Below, piece by piece: positions 39,876 to 52,855 of a DNA stretch of 64,000 nt. Below the pieces are notes generated by a model. It saw nothing but the letters and a program-made list of their open reading frames with translations, was not told the DNA's origin and did no database searches. Made by a program: the position numbers and the translations under genes. Origin of the DNA: Takakia lepidozioides. Taxonomy: Eukaryota; Plantae; Bryophyta. How positions within the stretch are numbered: the stretch's first letter is position 1; every line of letters starts with the position of its first letter. The stretch covers positions 34,720,001-34,784,000 of the forward strand of contig CM060733.1 in NCBI GenBank assembly GCA_030704615.1, written 5' to 3'.

Positions 39876-41387
39876 CTGGTGATAATACTCCTCTTTCTCC
39901 ATTCTCAGGAATAGGAGTACTCCCAAAGTCAGGAATGGGCTTCTGTAAATTAATGGGTTTGTGACTTTGTGAAGGAGAGGATCTTCGAGGGAGCTTCCAA
40001 GATATTCTCAACCTTTGCTCACTTCACGGCACACTGGGCAATCTCACAATCGTTCCTCCAGTTTGATATCACCTACACTACACTACCGCAGGGAAGGGAG
40101 GGTGGGAATCGCGTGGTCGCCCACAGTGTTAAGTCCACTGTAAGGCGCGACGGTGCACTCCCAAATAAGGATTTTGTTACGTGTCCTTCTCGGGTCTGAG
40201 CTACAAGACTCACCTACCAGGTCGAGATCGGAGGTCGAGATCGCTGGAAATTGCTGGATGGTGGAACGGACAATCATGGTCCATTGATGATCTCTCCTGT
40301 GCAGTTTTTATGGTCCGAAGTCTCAACTTTGTTTGGAGACCTGTTCTATATTATGCTCGGATGCAGTTCCGCAACAAGCTGGTGCACAAATCAGTAAGGC
40401 AGCACTTCAGACTGTACAGGTCCCACACCCAGATTTGATCAAGCCCATGATTGAAGGCCACGCCTAGATACCGATTTCTTCTGCATCCTCTTATGTAAAG
40501 CCTCTGAATCTGGCCGAGTAGTCCCTCGATCTATGAAGTACTTTCCAGAACTGTTAGTAGCCCTAAAGATCAGGTTATGCTCTTGTCCCTTGCTGTTCAA
40601 GAGCATATGTGTAGACCCACTACTGACTAGATCGTTATCCAAAGACGGTTAAGTGCTATTGGCTGCTTAGAATGCGAACATAACAATGATCTATAACATC
40701 GCTTGGGAAATTTAGTTGAGAAACTTGACAGTTTGCGCCTGTTCTAATTATAGATCTCTCTAAGAAATCTTGGAGCTGTCCTGAGAAAGAATGTGTCCCA
40801 AAGTGAGTCAAGAAAACGTGGCCCTCCAGTTGAACACCTTGCAGCAGCAGAGCAGCGGCGGCGGCTGAAGCCGTGGTTAAGGGTGCAGGACCTTCGGGAA
40901 CCTACTCCTGTGTAGGACGTCCGTTCATGGTGACCAAGGGGCTGGAGAGGGGGACCGAGATGGAAACACGGAAGAATCTGGAAAGATGGTGGTGGCATGG
41001 GATGAAGGCTACCTTTCAAAATCTCGTTCACGCAGGTCGAATTTTCAGCCAAGAGGCGCAACGTCATGGAAATGGCGGAGGCAGTGGTCTCGTGGCCAGC
41101 AAACATGAGGACGATGAGGTTGTCTAGGATGGCAGCCTCGGTGAGGAACTGTCCATTCTCGTCCGGCGTCGTCAGGAGCACTGGCAGAAGGTCTTGATGT
41201 GCGCGCTATGCAAGTTTGTCTTCGAGTTCCTGCCACGGTACAGATCATCCATGGTCATAACAATACTTTCAAGAACAGTCCCTGATCTCTTGAAAGAAAG
41301 GAGACAGCAACTAAGATAACTAAATTCACCCCTGACTGCAAGTACATCTCATAAATATCGGTCATTTGAGTTGCAATATGTAGCAAG
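38286..41387 (+). repeat. Segmental duplication, copy B (copy A at 2426-5644)
   Basis: Near identity to 2426-5644. Confidence 0.95.
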
Positions 41388-41780
41388 CGGGAGATTATAT
41401 GGTGGATTCCACTTTGGGGTTGTCTTGTTACCTGGCGCCGAGGCCACTGAGGAGCATCTTACTAGCGCGTTTAGCTTTCCAGAAACGAGTGCCCGAGATA
41501 TCAAAGGGAAAGTCCATAAGGCCATCCACCATAATAGTGAATGCATCCAAAAGATTGTTGAGTTCAGAGCCCTCCTTTAAGCTCAAGAAGAGATCGCATG
41601 CCGAAACAAATGCAAATTGTCTGATGCACTCAGATCCTGTCACTTGGTCTTTATTCTCCCAATGCTTGGATATGTGGGCAGCTGCAAATACCTCCATTCT
41701 TGGCACAAAGCTCTGGATCGATTCAGGATTGAGGAAGGTCATTAGATGCGGCGGAGCGTCTGTGGCAATCTCCCCACAGT
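41010..41780 (-). pseudogene. Cytochrome P450 (CYP85 clan, CYP716-like), two internal exons
   Basis: MTFLNPESIQSFVPRM...ACDLFLSL...PFDISGTRFWKAKRAS and the AGHETT exon; no N-terminus or heme-binding exon seen. Confidence 0.85.
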
Positions 41781-43566
41781 AGAGATTAGTTCAAAGCAGC
41801 AGCATTGCGATCACCTATGAGAACTTTTAGGAAATGTTATTGTGGGTCATATTGTCTCGCAATATTGGCAAGGTCGAGCACAGCCTGTTCCAGCATGCCA
41901 GTCTAACTTGTCTAAGTAGAGCAGTGATCATCATACCACACGCAGCCATGTGGTGTGTACACAGACATGTTGCAAATTCGAGACTAACTGAACAGAAGGA
42001 TGGTCTGTGCAGGGGTGATGATTAACCGAAACTTATGGCTCCTGCCTTTGGCAGCTTGAGTAGGTCCAGTTGGGCACACGTGTCCCATCAGCATTGAGAT
42101 GAATAGAGATATTATGTGGTTTTTAAATTTTTTAAATTTTATTAAGTAAATTGTTTTCTATCATCTTCTTGAATATTATTGGTTTGCACTAGACAAATAC
42201 ACTCAAGAAGATGATAGAAAAAACTGAGGGTATTTGTCAAAACCAAAATGATCAGTGGAAGTGCCCTGAGAGCGATGGCGGAGCGGGGCCCGAACGGTCG
42301 CTTCGTCTCTCTCGCTGCCGTAGTCCTACACTCCTGGGTTGCTTCTAGGACATGGATCCTTCTCCCCTTTCCAGCTTATTCTTCTCATTAGCTTCATATC
42401 AATAGGAAGTCTGGGGTACAGAGAAAGCTAAATGTCACGTCTTTGAAAGGTTATAGCCAGACAAGTTTGAATCCAGAGTTCTAATTTTTGAACCTTGCTA
42501 AGTTCTTAATTTCACAAAATGTTGGTCATCCATAATGAGAGAAAAATGGAACATATTCAGGGTGGCTCTTTCAATTGCATTGGAAATGAAGTATGATTTT
42601 CCACAGAAAAGGGCGTGTCTTGTCCTGTTTTAACGGAAAAGACAATATGCTATCAAGAAATTAGACATGGGTGTTGGATCACCCGTAAGAACTAATCTAC
42701 TGGGTACGATCGAGATCACCTTTCCAAAGACCAATACTCCTCTCACTCAATGTCTGGCTTTCCTCAGGTCGCTGGTTCTTTCATATTACTCCAAATTTGT
42801 ACTCTCCAGTACAACGATTTTAATGGATCTTGATTGTCTGTGATCTGTTCCTCACTTTGCATATCTGGTAATGCTACTACCTTCTCAGCCTTCAAATATC
42901 TCAATGCAAAGCAGGGAGAAGGAATTGAGTTGAGTACCGCTTAGCTGACAAAATCAACTGGCAGGGAGATACACTGTTTGATCTAGCCATTCTCCCCAAA
43001 AAATTGGACAATGAGAAGAACATCGGTGAGATAACTTTTCTATATTGAGAGCAACGGACAAATCCCCGAGAATATAGGAGAGTATGGTTTCGTCCACAAC
43101 AGTGATAGCCACAGCGAAGTCTTCTGGGACTTTGGTGGCCAATTCCTATTATCTTGGAGGAGACGGAGACGGCAAAAATGGCACGGGCAGCTGCCGCCCT
43201 AAACTATGACGGAGATCCTTAGTGTAGATAGCAGTAGTTAGAGCTAAAATATCTGGAGCAGGGCAGTGCAGCCGAAACTTTCTGGCTAGCACTAGCATAC
43301 CAGTGGGCGGGGCCTTTAGTAGAAGTAGCACTAGCCACAGAAGACTTTGACCAAAGCCAGCGTAACTGATCTTTTCGCTACTTTTCGTTTCGAAGGTCTC
43401 GTGTCTTACGTGAGCATGCAGTAGGTGGGTGTGTATTCATGGCTTCCTTCAGCCTTGGTGTGAGTTATGTCATGGTGTTATGGATTCAATGTTTTCTTCG
43501 TCTGCTAGTGATCTCGGGGTCTTTTGACCTTGGCACGGGAAGTGGGCTTGTAAAGGAAGTCGAGAT

Positions 43567-45760
43567 ATGAAGATGGAGGCGGGGACAAGGTTTCAACTCC
43601 GCAGAAGCATGCGGGTTCCGCTGTCCCTGATCACAGTGGGAGTGGGATTGATGATTGCATTGCTAGGCCTTGGCGTGTCACGGACATGGGCCCAACAAGC
43701 TGGTTTGTTCTTCATCCCGCTTTCCTAAAACTGAGCTAGACTCCAGAAAGTTCCGTTTCCTGCTAGAAATGTAATACAGCACTCAAGTGTCATGAATTAG
43801 TGAGAATTGGACTATGAACTGTAATTGCTGATATTGAGCCTCAGAGGCAAACAGATTTGGCGGATTATTGGGCTTTTTGGTCCGTGGAAGCAATTCAAGC
43901 AGTTCATCTGGTATGATCACTGCATGATGTGACCACTGATCAGGCCCTCGTGGAAATAAAAAGGAGTAGTAAAATGGGCGTGCGATTGTGGGCTGAATTT
44001 CAGAGTTTATCAGCATCGACTGTGGAGCCAGTCAAGCATATGTTGATCCTGTGACTAACATCTCCTGGGTCCCTGATGATGGCTACATTGCAACCGGGAA
44101 AAGTTGGAAAAACGTTATGGGCAGTAATGACACCACTCTTCAGACTCTTCGATACTTCCCCGAGTCGCGGGGGAAGGACTGCTATATTTTGCAGCCTGTA
44201 CAGGCAGACAACACTTATTTGATTCGTGCAACATTCTCATATGGTTCATACGACGGCCTCCCACCTCCCACCTTTTACCTTGACATAGAGGCGAGCAGGA
44301 GGAGCACATTGACCTTCAACAAGAGCGGTGACTGGGTGGAACTCGAAACAATTATTCTTGCCACAAACAACAGCATTTTCGTCTGTCTTTCCCGCATATC
44401 ACCGTCAGAGACCCCTTTCATTTCTTCCCTGGAGTTGCGCCCTATATTTGCAATGAACAGTAGCTACTTGTTCGAAGGTACATCTCCCGGATCAGTCTAC
44501 TTGTATGGCCACGGTAGAGTGGACCTCGGAGCTGATGCAAACACAGTTGTAAGGTCAGTATTTTCTTAACCTCATGAAACAAGGTAGAAGGTAGGGCATC
44601 CTCATTTTCCTCTGGTTAGAATTGCAAATGAATATCCGCAACTTGTAGGCCTAGTAGAGAGACTGTCGCGAGGGGTCTCCAAGGCTATAATGGGGCTAGA
44701 ATGCGGTCCATGGATAGGACTTCAGGAAAATTAGGTAGCGTGCACCACTTCTGCAGGATCAGTGTACCTAGGAAAGGCACAACTTCGCACATATTTCTAG
44801 GTTTGGATTCATATAAGATGTCCAAGGCACAAATGGCTCAACCACAGTTTTTGAAATTCAGTCCCGAGTCTCTTGGATCATGGACCTTATGCCTCGTTTG
44901 TACTGCATGTCACCAGGTACCCTGACGACCTTTACGATCGCAAGTGGCGTGGTTCGGGGCGCACAGGGTCCAATTATGAATTTCTCAGCACATCCCATGT
45001 AGTGAATGTAGCTGATCTTCTTCAAAATCCACCCACGACCGTCATGCAAACTGCCATAACCTGTTCTCGGGACAAAAGTTTCAATTTTCAGCTTTCCGGA
45101 TTCAAATTATCAAGCAAACTCTTTCTACAATATCCTTTTCTACTTTGCTGAGATACAACAGTTGTCAAGCAACGAGTCACGTTACTTTGACTTCTGTAGT
45201 CACATACTGGCGAATGACGCATTATACGGTACTTGTGTCAATGCATACACTGTTTCTGATAGTGTCGAAGCTATTCACAACTCTCATATCATCATCTCAC
45301 CCAACAAGCCCATGAATGACCAGTCGTATCTCAGCTTCGTTCCAGATTCTAACTCGACTCTGGGTCCCATTCTGAATGCCGCCGAAATTTATGAGATTTC
45401 TCAATCTGTTTCTCCGAGGACATACTATGCAGATGGTAAGTGATCGTCGAAAGTTCTGTGCAGCGGTTTAATTCGGCTGGAAACCCAAGCAAACGGTGAT
45501 TCAAATGAAAATGAAGATGTGATAAGGATTGAGGAAGCTTGATTATCTTTAGCGGGTGTTCCTTGTACATCTTTTGGGGATTAACATTTTCATGGCTCCT
45601 ACTCATCGGAACATGCGTGTGGAATGGATCTTGCAGAAAACGTGATTGACATTGTCAAGATAGCCTTCAATCTGACCGATTGGACTGGGGATCCTTGCTC
45701 GCCAACTCCGTATGATTGGATAGCTTGTACTTCTGACACGCCTCCCAAAGTCTATACTCT
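43567..45760 (+). pseudogene. Malectin-like LRR-RLK N-terminal half (signal peptide, malectin-like domain, LRRNT); no LRR or kinase follows
   Basis: Exons 43567-43702 (signal peptide), 44004-44553 (EFISIDCG, TLRYFP, YLIRATFSYGSYDG, PFISSLELRP), 44917-45436 (YPDDLYDRKW, STLGPILNAAEIY; frameshift ~45130), 45637-45760 (WTGDPC..YDWIAC). Confidence 0.85.
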
Positions 45761-46681
45761 GTAAGCAGCCTAGTTGTTTTTTCTGCTGTTGATTGTTGAT
45801 CGTTGAGCGTCCCCGTCGTCTGTAGATAAGAGGCCCTCACACGCTCTCACTTTTTCTAGGGCCATAGCCAGCTGGCTGAAGACCTTCCTGTTCTCATCTG
45901 AACAGTTTTTTCAGTTTTACATCACTTGTCCCATTGCATCTGCATGAACTTGCAGGTCAGCTTCTCTTGTCTACTCTTTCCTGGTGGGATCCGGTATGAA
46001 ATTATAGACAAAGAATTCTAACTAGTAAAGGATTGTCTGGATTTACATATACTCTACTAATGTGCAGGTTAGATTCTTTCCTATCTGCAATAAGTAAGTA
46101 GCACTTGAAAATCAGGTGTCTTGTACGTATGGTTACATTCCTCGTTATTAGGCAAGAGAATCTGCAATTGAAGGAGTGCAACCCATTACCTAGACGTCGA
46201 TACACGCAGCGTATATCTCTAGCATTTTTTGTCACGCTGAGGAGGGTTGAAAGGCCCCTCTCCTTTGCTTTTTCAGTTTCAAAAACATGACACACGTGTA
46301 CAAACTGTTCAGAATCTAATTTAAGTCTCGAAGCATTTGCTGATACAAAGGGGTCCGGTTGCGAAGTGGTAGCAGAGTGGTACTGACTACGACTGCAGCA
46401 GATTGGAAATGAGAAAGCGACCGATTAATGTTGCAACTACACACTTTACAGATGGCCTTGTTACTCCCCATTTGAAAGAGGTTTCCTCATCCGATTTCTG
46501 ATCCTGACCCGTTTCCAATCACACAGCTCAATCGAAGGAACGTGAACAAGGAAATATCGTTCCACGTGAGCTTACTACAACACGAAAACAATCCAAGTGG
46601 CTGCTCGAATCAACCTCCCCATAGAGAACACCAAAGCATATGGAAGAGCTAGTTGGTTGTTAATTACAAATGTGCAAGAGT

Positions 46682-47848
46682 TCATCTGGGAGAGACGGTG
46701 ATGCTGGAGGCGGACTCGATCAGCTTGCCATTCCTCAACTCGCTCACTGCAGCCAGAGGCCATGTGAATCCCTTCCACAAAAGACTGGTTGCAAGGGGGA
46801 CGTCGATGATGATCTCCTTCTCGGTAGGCTTCTTGGCGCTCCTGACCGCGATTAAATAGCTCCTGCCAACCCATCCAATCCATCCGGCGATGTACAAGAA
46901 TACGATTCCTGGGTAGACAAACTCTCCCAAATGGGCCTGGTCGCCATCAACGATCAAATGAGGAAGACCATCAGTTCCACACAGCAATCCCTCGCTGCCG
47001 TAATAGGCAAACCGTCTCTTGGTCTTCTCAATAGTGGCATTAATAGCCAGTGCCGGTGCGCTGTCAGGTGCGTAGAGTTTTAACCTGCCCTCGAGCTTCT
47101 TGATCTCCTGCTTCTCCCGCTTGGCGAAGCCCTTGCTCTCCTTGCAAGGAGTGAGGCCAGCGATATCAGCCAAGGCGTCCTGGGGGGTAGCAAAAGGGGC
47201 AGTGCTCACAATCGCAGCCAGGGCCAGAGCTGCGGCCATCTTCCCAGCTGTTTCTGCCACGGACTCCTCGCTCTTCGCGCGAGCAGAGAGAAGCAGACCC
47301 CAGAAAGTCAGCTAATAAGATACTCCAAAACCGGTTACATTGCGACATTCACGACATATCCACATTAATGAATCTACGAAGACACAGCGAGAAAAACCTT
47401 CACATTGACACGCTAGCTCAACGCAAATAGCAGATGCGATATATTTCAATACTGGATACTATCAGCCCACCTCCAAAACGAATGTGCCAACAATCTACAA
47501 AGGACAACTACAAGAAAAACAATTATACAATCACTATGACCCCTACTCCGTCTTGCAATTCGAGGATAAACAAGAGTGCACCTTGAACCCAAATCCAATC
47601 CACTAACTAAATTTCGTAGTACTTCCCAAGAAGCATATGTTTCACGAATGCCCTCATCCTCAATCTACGTAGAGTCTGACCTTCACATGCTTGTCAGAAG
47701 TTGCTCGCACAATTAAACAAGGACCCCGGGAGGAGACGGAGGGGGCAGACGACACACGCAATGCGCGCCCACCGAGCAACCTCGGCTGCCGACCAGCATC
47801 CACTCTTGCAGCGGGGGTCACCAACGCCCTCGCAGCTACGCTCGCCAT
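46682..47848 (-). CDS. PSAF: Photosystem I subunit III precursor; exons 47848-47681 and ~47273-46682
   Basis: Transit peptide exon, then [60 protein letters not shown]. Confidence 0.97.
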
Positions 47849-47899
47849 CTCTGCCTTCTTCTTCCTTCATCTGCTCTCCCCCTCCCTCCCTCTTCTTGT

Positions 47900-48380
47900 G
47901 AGAAGCTACACACGTGTGGAGTAGGGCCGGGGTCGGGCCAATGAGAAGCGAGCCTTATCCCCGCCTCACCCAAAATCCCTACTGCGCTTCCACACCGTGC
48001 GATGGGCTTGCACTTTCACACATACGAAGTCATTCATCCATCATATCCGAGAATCATCCGAAAAAATGGCGGTACGAATTTTGAGGAAAAAAAAATTAAT
48101 ATATATATATAATATTCGACTTTCAGAGAATTTTTGTCTAAATTTTCTGAAAAAATGAGGATGAAAGTGATGAAGTGGACTTCGTCACGTCCACTTCATC
48201 ACCACGTCCACGTGACGTCACGTCCACTTAATCACTGTTGGCACTTCATCACTTCGTCATGTCCACTTCATCACTGTGTTTGCCACGTTACGTCACTGTG
48301 TTTTGCCACGTCCACGTGACGTCACGTCCACTTCATCACCGGAAACCACTGTGTACTGGAAACCACGTACACGTGCAAAG
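47900..48380. promoter_or_regulatory. Light-responsive-type promoter of PsaF with adjacent ACGT-rich repeats
   Basis: G-box CACGTG ~47911, CCAAT ~47938, I-box CTTATCC ~47955; repeated CACGTGACGTCACGTCCACTTCATCAC units ~48180-48375. Confidence 0.5.
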
Positions 48381-49250
48381 CTGGGTTCTTTCAGCTGCAG
48401 TGCTGCAAAGAAAATCACCCAACAAAACTTCAAACAAAAACCTGCCTTCATGAGTCATTAGTGAGCAGCTGAAAGAAGGAATCACCCAGTGTTTTTTTTC
48501 TTTTTGTTTTCTTCTCCAGTGTAATTTGATGGTGTAAAATCAACCGGCAGCATATGAATGATGCCATATATATCTTCAAAAAATTTACTAGTAATTACTA
48601 GCGATTGAGAGTACAAATGGAAGTGATGGAAGAGAAGAGAAGTAGGTTGGGATGATTGAGAAGTTTGAATACCATACTAGCCTATGCTATTCGTCTGGAC
48701 CCTGCCGGACTAATTAATTTTTCTTAAAGAAAGGGTCCGGCAGGCTTTTTTTAAATTTCTGCAGTTCCGAAATTTTCATGATAAATAATAAAAAAGCACT
48801 TATATTACATTTGTGTGCGACTAGTGCAGCGGTATTGCAAGTGAAATTGGCAGGGCGGGGTCGAATTTTTGACATTAGATCCTGGGAGGGCTTCATTTTA
48901 AAATTTTCCGGCAGTCTGTTTTTGCATTTAATTTCATTGGACAGCGTAGGCAGGTACTGTAGTTTAGCTTAGCTCGCTTCCCTTTCCTCCCTTCTTTGTT
49001 CTTTCCCAGGTTCTGGGGTTTTTCTATCATATGTTCAAATACCTCATGTTTCATGTTTCCTGTAAATAAAGCTGTACAGGTTTTCATCAACAGAACTGAA
49101 TGTTCTCTCCAAAGGTGTGGTGGATGGGGTGTAGTGGAGGAGACAGTATATCGGTTTTTGTGTGTGAGGGTGAGAAGGAGAGTGCGGGTGTGAAGAATGG
49201 TGTGCTGGAGGTATGGGATGTAGGACGTGAGGCGGAGAAGAGAGAAAGCG

Positions 49251-49937
49251 ATGGCAGGGGGAAGGAGGTTAGAGGTGTGGAGGATGGGTATGGTACGCTA
49301 TGCAGAGGCGCTGGCCCTGCAGAATGAGCTGGTGGCACAGCGCCGTGCAGGGGATATCTGTGATACCGTGTTGTCATTGCAGCATCCCCCAACATTCACC
49401 GTGGGAAAGCGGCGCACTCTCCACAACCTTCTCTCCTCTGCTGACACTCTTCAGAGCCTGGGAGCTGAGGTCCATCATGCTGAAAGGGGTGGCGACATCA
49501 CGTTCCATGGACCCCGGCAGGCAATTCTGTATCCCATAATATCGTTGAGAGAGCTAGGGCTGGGGGCCCGCACGTATGTTGTTGGCCTGGAGGACCATGT
49601 AAGGGCTGGTCTGTACGGGGTGAATGCCAAGGGAAGAATGGAGAAACAGACGGGAGTGTGGGTGGATGACCGCAAGATCGGTGCCATTGGGGTGAGGATC
49701 TCGTCTGGCGGCATTACCTCGCACGGCCTCGCCTTCAACATAGATCCTGATCTAAGCTTCTTTTCACACATTGTGCCATGTGGAATCGCAGACAAGGAGG
49801 TGACTTCTCTGATCAGAGAAAGCTCTTCAGTGGTGCCCAAGGAAGAGGAGGTGACTCAGCAGCTAATTCAGAGCCTTGCCGAAGTGTTTGGGTTTCAAGC
49901 ATTCAAGCGGGCCTCTGATTTGGAGAAGCCCTCATAG
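49251..49937 (+). CDS. LIP2: Lipoyl(octanoyl) transferase, LIP2/LipB, intronless
   Basis: LEVWRMG..LSLQHPPTFTVGKRR..RGGDITFHGP..RKIGAIGVRISS..TSHGLAFNI..IVPCGIADKEVTSL; the helix after GLED looks slightly short. Confidence 0.93.
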   Translation: MAGGRRLEVWRMGMVRYAEALALQNELVAQRRAGDICDTVLSLQHPPTFTVGKRRTLHNLLSSADTLQSLGAEVHHAERGGDITFHGPRQAILYPIISLRELGLGARTYVVGLEDHVRAGLYGVNAKGRMEKQTGVWVDDRKIGAIGVRISSGGITSHGLAFNIDPDLSFFSHIVPCGIADKEVTSLIRESSSVVPKEEEVTQQLIQSLAEVFGFQAFKRASDLEKPS

Positions 49938-51027
49938 GCATGACAGCAAGTGTAAAGCTGAGCACTGTTCTTGATGCAGCTTGCAGCTGTCACCCAACAT
50001 TCACCCAGCAAAGTCTGTCCATACTGCGGCTGGAGCACTGATCATCGAAGACTTGTTAGTGAGAAAGGTACTCATCTACATCTATTTCAAATGGCTTGCT
50101 AAAACACTTCTAATATCTTAACTCATAACCGAGCAGTTTGAAGACAAAACACAAACTGCAGCAGAAGCTGTGTTGACGTGACCAAGGTTCCGCTCTTACT
50201 TTTCGGGACAAGCTTTGCAATGGGGACAACAAGGGGAAGTGCAGAATGGGCAAACTACTAACTACTAACTTCTATAGTGACACTCCTGAAGTTGATATGG
50301 GTCCCTCAAGAGTACCTCAAGTAATTTTATCAATTGATGTGCAGAGCTACCCTAAGGATCAACCCTGCAACAATTCACCGAATATTGTGTAGCTCCTTCA
50401 GCTAGTGCTTCCATGTGACATGCAGTGCATACTTGAGGGGTTTACACCTTGGATTTTACACATCAGGACCTTCATGTCTATGAGACTCATACCTGCCTCG
50501 GTCTGGTGCAGAATCAGTCCGGTGTGAATCAACCAGGCGACAGGAAGCTGGCATTTTCTTGCAGGTCGGTGGCTAATTTGTCTTCATAGGTGCTCTTCAC
50601 TGGATTGAACATTAAGTCACCTGTTGAGGTCAATTAGCCGCACAACCTGCATTTTTGCATTATTTACTCTCTCAAGTCATGCTTCTTCTTGTTAGAAACA
50701 TGCAGTGTTGTATTGTCTTTTAGATCTCAGAAAGATACTCCTGTCTCTATCAGCATGTCAGATTCTGCCAGCTTCAGGCCAGTTGGAGTGTAGACCAGAT
50801 TGACATGTACAGCATATATCATGGACTTCAAAGAAGCCCTTGTCCTTTTGTGCCCTCAAAATGCCATGGATAGTTTTTGCATTGTGCTTCAACATTGGCC
50901 TTGCCCACAGCTCTGGTGCATGGAAGAGCTGCTCAGCACAAAGTGGCAGGGTAGAATCCAAGACCTCTGAGAATCTTGTTGAAGTATCGATTCATTCTGA
51001 AAGGTAAGCAGCTACAAAAGAAGTCTG

Positions 51028-51299
51028 CTATGTGTGGAGGCCATGAAGAAGACTCTCATACTTGCTCAATAAGATTCCTGTGATTTCAAGAGCATCACCC
51101 TTTGGATGAACAGGATATATGTCACTGGCAACCTGCCACTGATTAGTCAGTTCAATCCATCCTTGTCTCTCTAACATCAAATGCAAAAGGTGTATGGTTG
51201 TTGAGTGCTTGCTGCAGATGGTGAATATATAGTGAAGCTTAGAGGTAGATAATAATCACGCACCAGGCCACTCCACATCTTGTTGGCTGCACATAGATC
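51028..51299 (-). pseudogene. Captured fragment: alpha-N-acetylglucosaminidase (NAGLU) C-terminal exon
   Basis: After TTTTTAG acceptor: ANKMWSGLVRDYYLP ... WIELTNQWQ..YPVHPKGDALEITGILLSKY, frameshifted. Confidence 0.7.
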
Positions 51300-51467
51300 C
51301 TAAAAAATGAGTACAACTAAATCCACTCTAGAAGGTTGTGTATGTAGGATGTATGATAGCTATAGCCAAGAATAGAAGGAGGATATTTTCCTAATACACA
51401 TGTGTTTCCAAGAGAAAAAGGACATCACAATGCAAGAAAGAACAGAAGGCACTTTGAGAAAGTTTAC

Positions 51468-51900
51468 TTTCAGCAAAGATGAGCCGTGCCAGATCTTCTA
51501 TGACGCGAATGTCATGATGTGGAGGTGGGCTGATAAGGCCCACTCCCTATGTAGAATTGTGTGATAGCTATGTCTCCAATCACCCTATGGCCCAGCAACT
51601 CTCCACCCTCCTTGGCTCCCTGTTTTTCACATGATAAAAGATTCATCTTAACATTAGCAAAAGAAGCTTGAATCCGAAACACCATTTATGAAAATCATAG
51701 GAGTTCAGTTGCATAAGAAGAATGAATGACGATAAATATGTACCTGGGCCATCTTAATTTGAAGTTCATCAGCGTTGGTGAGAGTGACTCCAAAGTACCC
51801 ACTGGCAGCCTGCTTTATTGCACTGCGCTTTGGGTTCATGAAATCATTTTTGAGAGGTTCAAGCCTTCTTGGATTCTCTCCTCCCTCACCTACACTCATC
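51468..51900 (-). pseudogene. Captured fragment: NADH-glutamate synthase (GOGAT), two exons with intron retained
   Basis: [41 protein letters not shown], intron 51743-51620, then GAK.EGGEL.GH.VIGDIA...[18 protein letters not shown]. Confidence 0.88.
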
Positions 51901-51980
51901 ATAATCTTGTCAAAACAAACACAACTGTGACAAAAACTAACAAGAGATATTCTACATTGACTGCTATGTCGTGCGCATAC

Positions 51981-52051
51981 ATATCGCTACACAACTACAT
52001 CGTTGTCCAAACCACACCACACATATATGCACCATAAAGTAGTCTGCCACA
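51981..52051 (-). repeat. Block A': inverted copy of the first 71 bp of the 3' LTR (62866-62936)
   Basis: 68/71 identity by manual comparison. Confidence 0.92.
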
Positions 52052-52052
52052 A

Positions 52053-52412
52053 TGATTGACAAGCTAAGAGACACACTGTTCACACCAGAAACAACATGAA
52101 TCCATCAGCATCACTCTTTAAAAACAGAAGTCGAGCCAAGGGCACCCCAAGCTATGGGGACTCCACCCCACAACAACCTATCCTCCTATCATAAGCACAC
52201 TCAGTTCTAAACGCATGAAGGAGCTCGGTCGCGCAGGCTCAACTCGAGAGAGATGAGCTGCGCGACTGACGCTCTCGTGAAGATAAGATGGTTCAGGTGT
52301 CAAACTCAAACTTGACACCTGACTTAACACTTGAACTAAATCCAAGTGTTAAATACAAATAACTAGTTTTATTCTAGTTAGTTTCACACTGTGTTTATTT
52401 AACTTGACAGCT
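52053..52412 (+). repeat. Block B (~360 bp), direct repeat with 63539-63899
   Basis: TGATTGACAAGCTAAGAG...TTTAACTTGACAGCT in both; internal hairpin TCAGGTGTCAA-n8-TTGACACCTGA. Confidence 0.95.
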
Positions 52413-52484
52413 GTCGTGCGCATCATCTGCTTCTCGGAGGGTTTTCCGTAAAGGCCCGGAGAATTTAATCCATACAATGGCAAC

Positions 52485-52758
52485 CTAGGTGAGGTACCGA
52501 ATCAACTCTGAAGCAGTGGCTATGGCGCCACCAGTGATTGCCGTGCGAATCATCTTGTCGTGATTAAAAGTGATCACGCTTTGTCACCCTTTCGTTCTTC
52601 AACATTGAGAAGGCCTCTAGCAATGTTCCATGAGTAGCTTCCACCCCTCCAATCTTGATGAAGCCGTCCAAAGTGTAGTTCAGAAAAGGATGGCCCAAGT
52701 CCACCAGCACATCTATAGTGGGAGAGTCAACTCTTGCTGATAGCCTCGAGTGCGGCAT
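52485..52758 (-). pseudogene. Captured intronless OEP16-like chloroplast outer envelope porin, internally deleted
   Basis: MPHSRLSARVDSPTIDVLVDLGHPFLNYTLDGFIKIG...; after deletion HDKMIRTAITGGAIATASELIRYLT-stop; UTR-like flanks. Confidence 0.85.
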
Positions 52759-52855
52759 TTCGCTCTGCTTTTCACACCCAAGTTCTTCTTTCCTGCATCG
52801 GCAACAAATCTCTCTCTGCTGTCGCTGACGGATGGAGAGAGACACGGAGAGATGG

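Noticed and set aside
42400-43400. Possible degenerate coding or transposon sequence upstream of the malectin RLK
   Set aside because: No motif I can assign with confidence
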